Origin: Leucoraja erinacea
Lineage: Eukaryota
Reading direction: 5' to 3'
Assembly (NCBI RefSeq): GCF_028641065.1
Contig: NC_073393.1
Span: forward strand, 16,120,001 to 16,184,000
DNA length: 64,000 nucleotides
Shown here: in pieces, positions 24,001-37,335 of the stretch
Position numbering within the stretch: position 1 is the first letter of the stretch
How the letters are laid out: each line of letters starts with the position of its first letter
Position numbers and translations under genes: made by a program
The notes under the pieces: generated by a model
Seen by the model: only the letters and a program-made list of their open reading frames with translations
Told to the model about the DNA's origin: nothing
The model's database searches: none

Positions 24001-27000
24001 CGAATTGACGTATTATGATATATTAGAGGGCCTGACCAAACAATAATCGATAAGAATAAATATCTCTCCATATGAAGACATCTATATGTATCTCTCTTGG
24101 AATCGTATCTGGATCAGCAAGATTATGACTATTTTATCTGACTATATGACTGTGGACTCAATCCACTCAATATTTTCCTGGAGAAATGGCCCATTCATCT
24201 GGAAAACTATCAGCTAATTCAATGTTGGATAACTTGGATATCGAGCACCAATTCATTCAGGGCACCACTGCATATTCCACTGGAGCTGTCCAACAAGTCC
24301 GCTATGGAATTGCCATATAATGTTCTTGCTATTGCTCTCACCCTCGTAGCATTCACCCTGTTAGCAATACCCGCATGTACATTTTACGGTTTTGAATAAG
24401 CATGTCGTTACACAATCTACCATCTCAATTTTGAATGAAATACTTCCTTTCTGTTCTCTCTTTTCTATGGTTCTACTCAAAACAGGCACTGACTTTTAAC
24501 AATGTCCTTGTCTGTATGGCATCGACATCCCACTCCGAGCATATCATCCCACCCTTCAGCACTCGATATGTCTTTAGTGTAGTCTGGAGACACAGCGCGG
24601 AAAAAGGCCCACCGAGTCCGCACCCACCAATGATCCCGCACAATCACACTATCCTACACACACTAGGGTCAATTTACAAATATCAAGCCAATTAACCGAG
24701 AAACCTGAACGTCTTTGGAGTGTGGGAGGAAATCGTAGGTCTCAGACAAAAATCCACGCGGTCACGGGGAAAACGTACAAACTCCGTACAGACGGCACCC
24801 GTGGTCGGGGTCGAACCGGGTTCTCCGGCGCTGCAAGCACTGCAAAGCTGCAACTCTACGTCTGCGCACATGCACGTTTGCGTCTACGTCTATAGAAGTA
24901 TGAGGAGCAGATATTTCTCCAATTATAGTTCATGAGGTTCAACGCAATTATTTCTCTTCCTTGCCACATATTCTGTTCTGATGACACTTTTGGACCACAC
25001 TTGAATGCCTTCAATAACATTTACATTTCGGTAACATTGATGGACTGCCTATCCCCCACTCTATCTTGCTTCCTCCAAGTCCTTCATTCTGGCACTTGCC
25101 ACCCAGAGACCTGGCTATTCCTGATCAGATTTTCTTAATCTACGCAGCATAACCGCGAGGTCTCGCAAAACACATCACAAGCCCGAGAACAAATCCCATT
25201 ACGTATCAAATCATTGTTTTTTTGTCATGTTTATTCCGTATTAATTTGATTTTCAAATTTGTAATTTGTTCACATCACTGCCTGACTTTCTTGCTCCTTA
25301 TGTCTACTAACTCGTTCGTCCGTGCGACTTCCATCAAAGGGTCTCGACCTGAGGCGGAGTTTCTTCCCACAGGACATCAGGACTGTAAACTCTGATCTCA
25401 CCAGAGAGTAATTGCTGTTGTGTCTTTTTTTAAATGTAAATACTGGTTCTGTACTGTTCTGTTGTTCTGTTGTTTTGCACAATGCCGCAGGCATTGTCAC
25501 TTTCATTTCACTGTACATCTTGTATGTGTATGTGACAAATAATGTGGACTTGACTTGACTTGACCCGTTCCTTCTCTCCATGGATGATGCCTAGCCCGCT
25601 GAGTTGCTCCAGCATTTTCGACTTCTATGAAATGTATTTTGTCCCTTTATCGTTTTCAAATCGATTTACTCCCAATGCAATTTTCTCCCACTCATTAAAG
25701 TGCGGCATTCTCTTATTCTACTTCACGTTTCTTCTTTTAAAATTGTCTTAAGGTCGGCATTGTGCAAGCATTTAATCATCTGCCCATTGGGATGATTAAT
25801 GCTGGTACATTGAAGCGTTGGTGTAAAAATGATTCACTCTTTCTCCTTATATTATTTCTATAGATCTAAAATTGTAATCCGCTATTCTGATCATTCTCAA
25901 CTGCAAATATTCCGAGTCTTACCTGGTTCGACGATGTAGGTGAAACTGGCCGGTACCTTAAGTGAGATATGCGATACTAAACAGGTGTACACATCTTGAC
26001 CCCGGGCAGGCTGCGCTATTTCCAAAACGCTGGAAGCTTCATACAATCGTTCCGCATTCCTGTATTTCACGGTTTCAATGCCGGTTAGAATGTCCACATT
26101 ATTTTTTCTCCAGAAGATTTCTAATGTCTCTGGATAAAACGCATCTGTTTTACACACGAGTTTTGGAGCAGCCAAACTATCTTCAAGTGAAACAATTTTC
26201 AAAGGAGTTGGGGAATCTTAAGCAGAAGAAAAAAAAAGTTATATTGCATGTTTCCATTACACTTCAGTGAACTATATTATAATTATATATTACGTTGGTT
26301 AACCATGGATTTTTTTGAACACTGGATATACAAACTGAGCGATTTTAGACATTATACAAGGAGGGTTAATATTTGGGTAATATGGGATACAGGCGCCAAT
26401 GTTCTGAATGGAAACGACTGGCTTTCTATGTTAACTTTAACGCTTGGGACTTTATCGGTATTTCCTTTATTGAAAATAATGGTATTAAAGTAGAGATGTC
26501 ACAGATTTCTCGAGTCGGGTGGTTACGTGCATTGTTAGGGTGTAGTTACGTTCATTGATTACATTTCGGTGCCCAAAATTGATTGGTCAATTGATGTTCA
26601 GATCTTGGGATGGAGATTTTCAATGGTGCATACTTCACTATGGGAATGTACAGAGTTCAACACGGTCATGCGCCGAGTCAAATATAAGATTTGGATATCG
26701 AAGCATCAGAAAGATACCTGGGCAATGAATGAACACGGGAAGCAGCTGAAGTGGAATATCAGTGATGTTGCTGATATGGAATATCCCAACTTTAATGTTG
26801 CGTACAATACCTAATCTAGGGGAAAGTTGCTAAAATTGTTCGCCATTTCTTTCCTCGGTGAAAGGAAAACTGACTTTCTACCACAGCTATTCATTTCAGT
26901 TCAAGACGCAGTTCAAATCGTCCATTCCATTATATTTCTTGGGATTTATTAGCACCGGCATTTTATCAAGGAACATTTTATAGACAACGAATTTATATGT

Positions 27001-27601
27001 AAATGACAGAGAACTGAAAATCTCTTAATTTTCGAACATGCACACTCACCGAGCACAGTGAGCAGACAGCCACTTCCATTCCCAATGTGTTGATTCTGGT
27101 GCTTTGCTTGACAGTAATATGTTCCCGAGTCTGCAACATTGACATTATGGAGAACAAATGTTCCGCTCCCGCTACCTACATGAAATTGTTTTCTCGTATC
27201 TGGTTCCAATGATGTTCTCATGCCTTCTCTCCACCAAAAAATGGAAATAGTATCTTGCGATATGGGAAATTTGCAGAACATGGTGAAGTTTGCACCGATG
27301 GGGACATCTGCATCATTAGGAAATTGATACACTGAGCTCGAAGATACTTCCACAACTGCCGAAAATTAAGTAAGACATTAGTTGCATTTACTGGATAAGG
27401 AACAAATAGCAGATTAATACAAAACAATCATGGAAGAAGGGCATCCAAATGGAAGGGGCATTTTTGCTACATCTGCCGGATGTAAACAGGAAAAAAATGT
27501 AAAATATGAATTGCAATTCAGGAACAACACAAATATCTAAACTCACCATGCCAAACTATACCACATAGCGCCATGTACCGTACAGGCAATTTCGCCAACA
27601 T
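21060..27601 (-). CDS. IgSF receptor gene B, paralogue of gene A: leader + VJ-type V + C1-set + TM + cytoplasmic tail with ITIM-like SDYIAI
   Basis: Leader 27601-27547 (MLAKLPVRYMALCGIVWH). V 27355-27050 (306 nt, same length as gene A). C1 26216-25923. TM 23606-23505 (SIILILTCVQGGLALIALLIIFAELMYK). 43-nt exon candidate 22882-22840 (GVIRNYMEANRVKN). Provisional tail 21181-21060. Ectodomain and TM exons are solid; the 3' end is uncertain. Confidence 0.8.
24575..24860 (-). mobile_element. tRNA-derived V-SINE (HE1-like)
   Basis: Reverse complement of the 40085-40375 copy: ACGCGGTCACGGGGAAAACGTACAAACTCCGTACAGAC; B-box-like GGTTCGACC on the minus strand. Confidence 0.75.
25340..25564 (+). mobile_element. 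LINE 3' end (Rex1/Babar-like) with (GACTT)n tail
   Basis: AGTTTCTTCCCACAGG-CATCAGG (SFFPQ.IR), ...ATGTGACAAATAA followed by GACTTGACTTGACTTGAC. Family assignment is inference. Confidence 0.5.
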
Positions 27602-28112
27602 ATTAGGAAAAGTGGCTTGTCCACTCGGTGTAAATGAATGTGGTTTATTTGCAAGTTTGTCTAGTAAATAGGATCTCTTGTATGGAACATGTGATCCTGA
27701 CGTCCGGTATCACATGATTAACGAGGCTTTCTGTAGGTTAGTGTATGTCTGAGGTACAATGCTCCCCCCACCCCTCGCCACTCTCGGGGTGGTTGCTTTT
27801 AAGTGATCTACATTTACATCCTCTATCAAACAACTTCCACATTTCCTGATTCTGAATTCACCGTTGTGATCATTGGCGTGAACTTTTTCCCACCCTTCAT
27901 ACAAGAGATAATTGTTCTTCAGTGGGGGCTGCCAAATATTAGTCACTGACACTTGTGACTGAGAGGACTTCCAATTTTCCCCAACTTCCATTAAAAAAAA
28001 AGGCTTGAAGCCGCTGGAGTCCAATTTTAATGTTATTGTTCGGTGGATTCTAAAGGGCTATTTCGAATAGCAACAAAACTGCAAAGTAAAACTGTCCAGA
28101 ATGACCAACGCT

Positions 28113-28508
28113 ATAGAGGGGATCTTATAGAAACATATACAATTATAAAAGGACTGGACAAGCTAGATGCAGGAAAAATATTCCCAATGTTGGGCCAGTC
28201 CAGAACCATGGGTCACAGTCTTAGAATAAAGAGGAGGTCATTTAAGACTGAGGTGAGAAAAAACGTTTTCACCCAGAGAGTTGTGAATTTATGGAATTCC
28301 CCGCCACAGATGGCAGTGGAGGCCAAGTCACTGGATGGATTTAAGAGAGAGTTTGATAGAGCTCTAGGGGCTAGTGGAGTAAAGGGATATGGGGAGAAGG
28401 CAGGCACGGGTTATTGATAGGGGACGATCAGCCATGATCACAATGAATGGCGATGCTGGCTTGAAGGGCCGAATGGCCTCCTTCTGCACCTAGTTTCTAT
28501 GTTTCTAT
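28113..28508 (+). mobile_element. CR1/HER1-type LINE 3' fragment
   Basis: [32 protein letters not shown]; tail TTTCTATGTTTCTAT. Confidence 0.9.
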
Positions 28509-29599
28509 AGCACAATAATACAAAATATTTGAATAAAAGCGAGACACATTCAAAATTCAGTCTATTGCACGTTCTTTGCCCGATGTCGGCCGAGGCCAAG
28601 TTAGATCATTTGCAACAGGAGGTGAAAATCAATCAGTAGCATTTTCCTTGTGTGATTCTTTGGTAATAGCGGGGGATGGCACGTCTGACCGTTACACCAG
28701 AAAGGATGTCACCCATCTATCCTTATTATTCATAACTGAAAATACTTTTATTTATTATGTTTGTGTTTAAGGAGAAAACACTTGTCTATTTTCTTCACTT
28801 GCCAGAATTATTTCACCACCTCATTTTACGTTCGCTCTCCACACTCTCACTTTTCTAATGTGCAACTCTCGGGTTGGAAAACAACATTCCAGCAGAGGCC
28901 TAACCAGGAAAGGCTTAACATAATTTAGTTCTCTATAAATAAAGGATTGGGTGTGACTTTGAGAGCAATCTCATATGCTCTATCAACTTAAAACATTTGT
29001 GAAGTAACAATGACAGTTCTGTCTGTAACTCCGTCTTTCATATTTTGTAGAGTTCGTTGGCACTGAAATGTTCATTCCCTCTACAATCAGTGAAATGTGG
29101 TCATTGGGGTTAATATATCCTTTCTGTTCCATCTTCAGTTATATGGACATGAGAGCAGATCTACTTATTTCGAATTGCATTCCCAAGGATCTGTAATAAA
29201 AGTTTGATTGCTTCAGTGTCGGCTGAGTTATTTTTATAACCTTCTTTTATTATTGAGGTTCAGAAATTAGCCAGACCTTTGCTCTTTTAGTTGAGTCCGT
29301 TGCCTCCGATGATACTTTAATGCCAGCGCTGAATGAACCCTGAGGGAGCTTAGCAATGGTTGCAATGCTTCTGCTACTGAAATAAACGTGAACTGAAATG
29401 TTGAGCGGAATAAAACTGAGTTACATTTGTTACTGAATAGACTACTGGATAGAACCCAAACATTGGATCAATACAACGCTGAGAACAAAAGAAAAACTGA
29501 GATTATTAAACTAAAAAACCTGGAAAATGAAAATAAATATAAAATATTGTGTGCATCACGACTCAAGGGAACTTTGGAGAATTGGGCTGCTAAAGCAAT

Positions 29600-29764
29600 A
29601 ATGGTCTGCATCCCAGAGTACTCAAGGAGGTGGCCCTAGAAATCGTAAATGCGTTGGTGATAATTTTCCAATGTTCTCTCGACTCTGGATCAGTACCTGT
29701 GGACTGGAGTGTAACCAATTTGTCAACTACACGTTTTAAGAAAGGGGGGGGGGGGGGGGGGGAA

Positions 29765-29795
<31 letters not shown>

Positions 29796-31023
29796 GAGTG
29801 GAGGGGTGGGGGGGGGGGGGAGGGGGGGGCATGGGGAATTATAGACTAATTCGCCTTACATCGGTAGTGGGAAACATGTTGAAGTCGATTATTAAAGATG
29901 TTGTAGCAGCGCATTTGAAAAGCAGTGGCTGCATCTGTCAAAGGTAGCATGGATATATGAAGGGGAAACCATATTTGACTAAAGCGCATATTTTGAGGAT
30001 GTAACAAGTAGACTAAGGGAGAGCCAGTGGATGTGGTATATTAACGATTTAAACGAGGGAATTAAATGTAACATCTCTAAATTTGCGGATGACACAAGGC
30101 TGGGGGGGGGGGGGGGGGGGGGGGGGCAGTGTGAGCTGCGAGGCGGAAGCTATGACGCTGCAGGGTGACTTTCTTAGGTTGGGTGAGTGGGCAAAAGGCA
30201 GATACAATAACATGTGGATAAACGTGATTTTATCCACTTTGGTGGCAAGAACAGGAAGGCAGATATTTATCTGAATGGTGTCAGATTAGTAGAAGGGGAG
30301 GTGCAATGAGACGTGGGTGTGCTTGTAGATCAGTCACTGAAAGTAAGCATGCAGGTACAGCAGGCAGTGAAGAAAGCCAATGGCATTTTGGCCATTGCGA
30401 GAGGATTTGCGATTAGGAGCAAGTAGGTATTATTGCAGTTGGACAGGCTCCTGGTGAGGCCGCACGTGGAGCATTGTGTGCAATTTTGATCTGCTAATTT
30501 GAGGAAGGACATTATTGCTATGGAGGGAGTGCAACGTAGGTTCACCAGGTTAATTCCCGGGATGGCGGGACTGGCATATGATGAAAGAATGGGTCGACTG
30601 AGCTTGCATTTGCTGGAATTTAGAAGAATTAGTGGATCGTACAGAAACATATAAAATACTTAGATGATTGGACAGGGTAGATGAGGGAAATGTTTTCCCG
30701 ATGCTGGGGGAGTCCAGAACCAAGGGGTCACAGTTTAAGATTAAGGAGAAGGCCATTTAGGACTGAGATGAGGAAACACTTTTTCACCCAGCGAGTTGTG
30801 AACCTGTGGAATTCTCTGCCACAAAAGGCAGTGGAGGCCAATTCATTGGACGTTTTCAAGAGAGAGTTAGATTTAGTTCTTAGCGCTAGGGGAATCAAAG
30901 GTTATGGGGGAAAAGCCGGGACGGGGTACTGATTTTGGATGATCAACCATGATCATAATGAATGACGGTGCTGACTCTATGGGCCGAATGGCCTATCCTG
31001 CACCTATTTTCTATGTTTCTATG
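29600..31023 (+). mobile_element. CR1/HER1-type LINE, internally deleted, with expanded poly-G runs
   Basis: Collinear with the reverse complement of 15778-17350; tail GCACCTATTTTCTATGTTTCTATG at ~31000. Confidence 0.9.
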
Positions 31024-31321
31024 ATCAGTCAGCTATCTTCTTAAATGTTGCATGACATTCGTTCAATCTTTACAAGTATTCATTTCAATTTCTAAATATC
31101 ATTACTTTTGGAATAATATGCCTGACTTTGTTCCGATTAATTCCTTGAGGAAAGGGACTCAAGACCATGTCACTACCCTTGAAGGGTAGCGCAACGGCAA
31201 TAAGTCTGACAGAGCGTTCTATCTTTTCAAATTTCCCTTCTAGCGAAACTAACATGTTTACTCTAGCAATCAGGGTCACAGAGTCATAGACAGGTACAGC
31301 ACGGAAATATACCCATATTCC

Positions 31322-32580
31322 CAATCTTCTTGAATTTTTTGAAGATGTTACTCGGGAAATTGATGAGGGTAAAGCAGTGGATGTTGTGTATATGGACTTC
31401 AGTAAGGCCTTTGACAAGGTTCCTCATGGAAGGTTGGTTAAGAAGGTTCAATGGTTGGGTACTAATGGTGGAGTAACAAGATGGATTCAACAGTGGCTGA
31501 ATGGGAGATGCCAGAGAGTAATGGTGGATGGTTGTTTGTCGGGTTGGAGGCCAGTGACGGGTGGGGTGCCACAGGGATCTGTGTTGGGTCCACTGTTGTT
31601 TGTCATGTACATCAATGATCTGGATGATGGTGTGGTAAATTGGATTAGTAAGTATGCAGATGATACTAAGATAGGTGGGGTTGCGGGTAATGAAGTAGAG
31701 TTTCAAAGTCTACAGAGAGATTTATGCCAGTTGGAAGAGTGGGCTGAAAGATGGCAGATGGAGTTTAATGCTGATAAGTGTGAGGTGCTACATCTTGGCA
31801 GGGCAAATCAAAATAGGACGTACATGGTAAATGGTAGTGAATTGAAGAATGTAGGTGAACAGAGGGATCTGGGAATAACTGTGCACAGTTCCCTGAAAGT
31901 GGAATCTCATGTAGATAGGGTGGTAAAGAAAGCTTTTTTGGTGTGCTGGCCTTTATAAATCAGAGCATTGAGTATAGAAGTTGGGATGTAATGTTAAAAT
32001 TGTACAAGGCATTGGTGAGGCCAATTCTGGAGTATGGTGTACAATTTTGGTCGCCTAATTATAGGAAGGATGTCAACAAAATAGAGAGAGTACAGAGAAG
32101 ATTTACTAGAATGTTGCCTGGGTTTCAGCAACTAAGTTACAGAGAAAGGTTGAACAAGTTAGGGCTTTATTCTTTGGAGCGCAGAAGGTTAAGGGGGGAC
32201 TTGATAGAGGTTGTTTAAAATGATGAGAGGGATAGACAGAGTTGACGTGGAAAAGCTTTTCCCACTGAGAGTAGGGAAGATTCAAACAAGGGGACATGAC
32301 TTGAGAATTAAGGGACTGAAGTTTAGGGGTAACATGAGGGGGAACTTCTTTACTCAGAGAGTGGTAGCTGTGTGGAATGAGCTTCCAGTGAAGGTGGTGG
32401 AGGCAGGCTCGTTTTTATCATTTAAAAATAAATTGGATAGTTATATGGATGGGAAGGGAATGGAGGGTTATGGTCTGAGCGCAGGTATATGGGACTAGGG
32501 GAGATCATGTGTTCGGCACGGACTAGAAGGGTCGATATGGCCTGTTTCCGTGCTGTAATTGTTATATGGTGTTATATGGC
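31322..32580 (+). mobile_element. CR1-type LINE (second subfamily), near-intact RT C-terminal half
   Basis: [55 protein letters not shown]; tail (GTTATATG)n. Confidence 0.95.
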
Positions 32581-32789
32581 TATATTAACACTAAAGCACA
32601 AAGTTCTGGAGGAACTCAGAGGGACAAGCAGGACTGTGGTGGAAATGTACCGGCGCCATTTCTGTCCAACGCATTTTATGCTCTCTCATTCCCATCAATG
32701 GCGCGCAGACTCTCCCATTATGTCACCTGCCGTGAACGTTATTGAATGTTTCCTTTATCCATTTGGTAATCACATGCTCAGGTAGAGAT

Positions 32790-33010
32790 TGGTTTTGTTT
32801 AGTGATACAGCGCGCAAACTGGTCTTTCAGCCAGAGAGTCCGCGCCGAGCAGCGATCACTCCGTGCCCCGCACTGTCCCTCACACTAGGGACAATTTACA
32901 ATCTTTATTGAAGCCATTTAACCTACAAGCCTGTACGTCTTGCGGGAGTGTGGGAATGTGGAGACAAATCGGAGCACCCGGGGAAACCCACGCAGTCACA
33001 GGGAGAAGAC
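32790..33010 (-). mobile_element. V-SINE fragment
   Basis: CACACTAGGGACAATTTACA..GGAGTGTGGGA..GGAGCACCCGGGGAAACCCACGCAGTCACAGGGAGA, matching the 24575 and 40085 copies. Confidence 0.7.
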
Positions 33011-34139
33011 AGAGATAAACCAGATTGCAGATACTGGAAACTGTAGCAAAAAACAAACAAACTGCTGCGGGATCTCAATGGATTAAACAGCAAAACTGGC
33101 GGGGAATAGACAGTCGACTGTTCAATCCACTCGATAGATACTCCCTGATCCGCTGAATTCCTCCATTTCGTTTTTCGTAAATTACTCCTCTTGCGTTTCA
33201 AGTTAACCTCTAGCAGCCAGCGACTTTGAGCCACGGAAACATTCCACGACGTCATCAGCAGACTGGCGGCTGAAATGTTCTTCTCACGCTGTCTCTTACT
33301 AGTGAATCGAAATCCAAATATGTTTGCGGTATGTCTGTTTGTTAAAGAGAAAAATAACCTTGGTTCAATCTTTTTCGAGACATGTTGCAAAAGTTTGTAC
33401 TTAGCCAATGGTAATATTATTAGAGCGAACTCTAAAGTAGTTATCTCTTTCAAGACGACGTGACCCTCCATCACGATGGAACAACATATAAAAATACCGA
33501 AAAGGAACCGAGTAAACCTTAAATCGAGGCAAATAAGCAGGCATGCTGCATGTATTTGTGGGAAGCGTAGAGCAATAAATATGTCTATATTTAAATATGC
33601 GCAGGTCCATGTTTCGGTTCAAGACCCTTCAGTAGGACTGAAAGAATAGCTGGTTGAAGGGTCCCGATCCGACACCTCGATTCACCATTTCCCTCCAGAG
33701 ATGCTGCCTGATCTGCTGAGAGCCTCCTGCAGATTTGTTTATTTTCTTTGCGCCAGATTCCAGTATCTGCAGGAATGGACCTTCACGCATTTAAATATAG
33801 CTGTAAAACTGCTTTATGTTCCCCCAAAATACACATACTTTCATTTATTCAGAGCTTTTTATGTTCTCAAATCCCCTCGGCGGTGTTTCACAGGAATATG
33901 ATGAACAATTTTTAATCCCATTAATATTAAGTAACGCGTCTGATTGTCTAAACAAAAATTGGATTCCAATTAGTTTTTGGACGAGATAATTTAAGAACAA
34001 ATTTCAGAGTTAAGGTGTGGCATTTTCACCTCGTGGCAGCGATATGAAAATAGTGGGAATTCAGGATGCGATGAGAGCAATAAGGCTATGGGTATGAAGG
34101 TCGGCGCAGAGATAAGGTGTGAGGTCATGGAGAGATTTA

Positions 34140-34890
34140 GAAAATAAAACGGTACAGCAAAGAAACATGCCCTTCACCCCACAATATCAGTAGCGAAAAT
34201 GATTGCAAACCAAACTAATCTCCTCTGCCTATACATGATCCATATCCCTCTATTCCCTGCATATACATTCTGAAAACCTCCTAAACTTTACTTTTGTATG
34301 TCTCCATCAGCCCCCGAGTAACAAATCAGGCCCAACACATCCCCTTTAAACTTAGCTCCTCTCACCTCTCTTGTGGCCTCCAGTCTTTGACATATCCACC
34401 ATGGCAAAAAGGTTCAGACTGTCTATCTTATATATGATCTTCAACCTGTGACATTCCAGAGCAAATAATCCAAGCTAATACCCTCTAATCAAGGCAGTAT
34501 TCGGGCATGCCCTTTCTGGACCCTCTCCAAAGCCTCCATGTCTTTCAATCAAATTGCACACAATATTCCAAGTATAGCCCAACTAAAGATTTATAAAACT
34601 ACAAGATAACCTCTTGACTTTTATATTCAATGTCCTGCCCGAATGGTAAGCAACCCAGTACCTTCTTCACCACTCTGTCACTTTCAGGGAGCTGTGGACT
34701 TGTTCCCCATAAATGCTGTTAAGGGTCACGCCATTAACTTTATATTTTCCCCTTACCTCCCAAAGCACAACATCTCGCAGATTAAATTCCATCTGCTCTT
34801 TCTCCACCCATTTCAATTACTAATCCATATCTCAGTCAATGCTTTGACAGCCTTTAATTTTGGTGTTCGCTGCAAAATTACTAACCTGTG
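34140..34890 (-). mobile_element. Degenerate CR1-type LINE
   Basis: Reverse-complement similarity to 14330-15070 and 31800-32550 (CCCTCTCCAAAGCCTCCA, TGCACACAATATTCCAAG, TTAAATTCCATCTGC). Confidence 0.6.
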
Positions 34891-35360
34891 AATATGGTGC
34901 AATTATTTGAATATTAGGATTGTAATGAAGATCATGCTGGCTCAGACACAAAAAGTAAATGATCAAGCACACAGACACTGGATGAAGAGTGTATTCTGTG
35001 ATGTGCACACATCATTGACACAGAGCAGGTGACCTAGAGGTGCACACGAATGTGCAGACAAAACACCTACATGCCTATTATATGGGTACACGAAGGCCTA
35101 CACATAGATACACTGGCAGGACTTTGTGTTACTTTTTCTCTCAGCCATCCATCTATTTTCCCCTTACCTATTCCTGTGACATTTCCTGAAAATGTAAAAG
35201 AAAAAATTAAAATTACTACTCAAATGTATTAATTAACAAAGTGATGCTGATGTATATGTTGAATCTTCACACAAGTGGGGGTTGGGGGGGGGGGGGGGGG
35301 GGGGGGTATATGTAACAAACATGAATCTTCAGGCATAGATAAGGGTGTGAAGACAAAGAT

Positions 35361-35391
<31 letters not shown>

Positions 35392-36894
35392 TACTTAGGG
35401 GGCTGGACTTGTATGGGATTAACAAACATTCCGGGATGTTTGTCACAGCCCTTGCACAATGAAGATGTCCTGTCGCTGGGGTGTCTAAGATGAGGATCCA
35501 TCTTCTCAAAAGATAAGGTCAGTTATTGAAGACAAAGATGAGAAAATATTAATTTCCCTAAAAGCAGTGAACTTTTGATGTTTTGTACTTAGGAGGGCTG
35601 CAAATGTTCAGTAATAAAAATACTTGCTAGTTTGTTGCTAATCTAAATTCATGAATTTAATTTGTTTTATTTTATTTTTCAGAATGTGTGTTTTGTTGTC
35701 ATATCTAACTGTCCCTTGGAAGTTGACGTGCAGCCATCTTCTTGCTCTAGGGCATTCATACAGCAAATGTACCTCAACATGTATCAAGTCTTGGAAGAAC
35801 ATCAATCTTCTTAGCCAACGGTAACATCACTTTTTTCAGGATTTAACAGATGTAAATAAAATGGATTTTATCTTGATACACTGGATGTTGGTAATATAAT
35901 GAGTGGGCAGTCGTTTGACAGTAATGCAAAGCATAGTTGCATAACATGAGGATTGGTGTATGTATAATTGTGGCTCCCACCCTCTAAACTATTAGAGAGA
36001 TGGAGTGTTGTGTATAATTACATTTTCGCTTAATTTTAAGAACTAAATTGTGAACTATGCATTATTCCCTGAATTAAAAGCAGAAAAGCCTGTAAACACT
36101 CAGCAGTCAGCGAATAGTTACTCAAAGAGAAACAGGGGATATGTTTTGGTTTGTAAATTCTGTGAAATTGGGAACGTGAATAAACAAGTTAGTTCAAGAG
36201 AAGGAGAGAGAAAGGAGCTGAGGACAATGTAAATATCTCTGAAGTGTGAGGCAGCTTTGTCAAGGCGATTCCACGTTCATGAAGCAATCCGGTTGATGCT
36301 ATCCGGATGGTTGGAGAGGAAGAAATTAAAAGGATTATATAAACAGTGAAATGCATGTTAATGATGCAATATGAATGAAGCATCGAAACATAGAGGATAG
36401 GTGTAGAAAATAGTTGGCCGTTCGGCCCTTCGAGCCAGCAGTTGGGGTTTCTTGCAGGGGACCTCGTTTCGAAGATTTTATTATCTTTAAGTAGGAACTG
36501 GTCATTCAGAAGGAAACACAATAAATATTCTTTGGAAGATGGTAGAAGTCTGGAATTCTTTCCAGAAAAGCAGTCGATATTAATTCGATTGACAGTTTAA
36601 AATCTGATATTAATGGAGTGGCATTAGAGGATATGGAAAAAAAAGAGCATAGTTCAGCTAGATCTCTCTTGTGGATTAGATTAACTGAGCAGTCTTCATT
36701 ATCAGTTGAAGTGACAACACTATTTGCAGTTTTTTTCTGTTTTTATGCAGATTTCAAGCATTCACAATATTTTGTCATGAATCTAAATTCCGTTTTTATA
36801 TAATGTTTTCTTGCTGCCTATTAACCATTGTTATTTTGTTCACGATTCTTATCAGAGTTGTCTTCCATTCATTTTACTACCACTGGAAGGGAAC

Positions 36895-37335
36895 TATAGT
36901 ATCGATCCAATTGCTCGGCGATCTGCGGCGCATTTGCCATTGGCCACACGTGGGCAAAACCAGCACAGAAGGTGCATTCTGAGTGGTTGCAACAGCATCT
37001 GACCTTTCAGCGGCGCTGTTTCGGGAATCATCTGACTTTGCGGCTCGGCAGGTTCTGCCGGGTAGTGTAGTTTCCATTGAAGAATAACAGCCTGGAGTTA
37101 TTAAGGTTGAAAAAGGTGCAGCTGAACTGGGATGAGCTCGAAGAGGCTTCGGACTGAGTCGGGAAATGGTCGCGGAAGGAAAAGACAGCTGACGAGGGAG
37201 ATTGCGGAACTCAACCCGGTGTTGCTGGAAGCGAAGGAGCGAGTGAGCGAGGCCTGGAGCAGAGGGTTAGAGTACTCGCATGGTGAGGAGAAGTGTATCG
37301 GGCCAGGTCCATTGCAGAGAGCCGGGCGGGGGTCG
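36895..37335 (+). promoter_or_regulatory. CpG-rich promoter / first-exon region of OGFOD1
   Basis: Dense CG dinucleotides around the ATG, with a reverse CCAAT (ATTGG ~36939) next to an E-box CACGTG (~36946). Confidence 0.6.

Noticed and set aside
27054-27060. CACAGTG RSS heptamer at the end of the gene B V exon
   Set aside because: It is the L-T-V coding sequence on the other strand, and no nonamer lies at 12 or 23 nt.
32923-33474. 183-aa minus-strand ORF
   Set aside because: No recognisable domain, and its 3' part runs through SINE and other repeat sequence.
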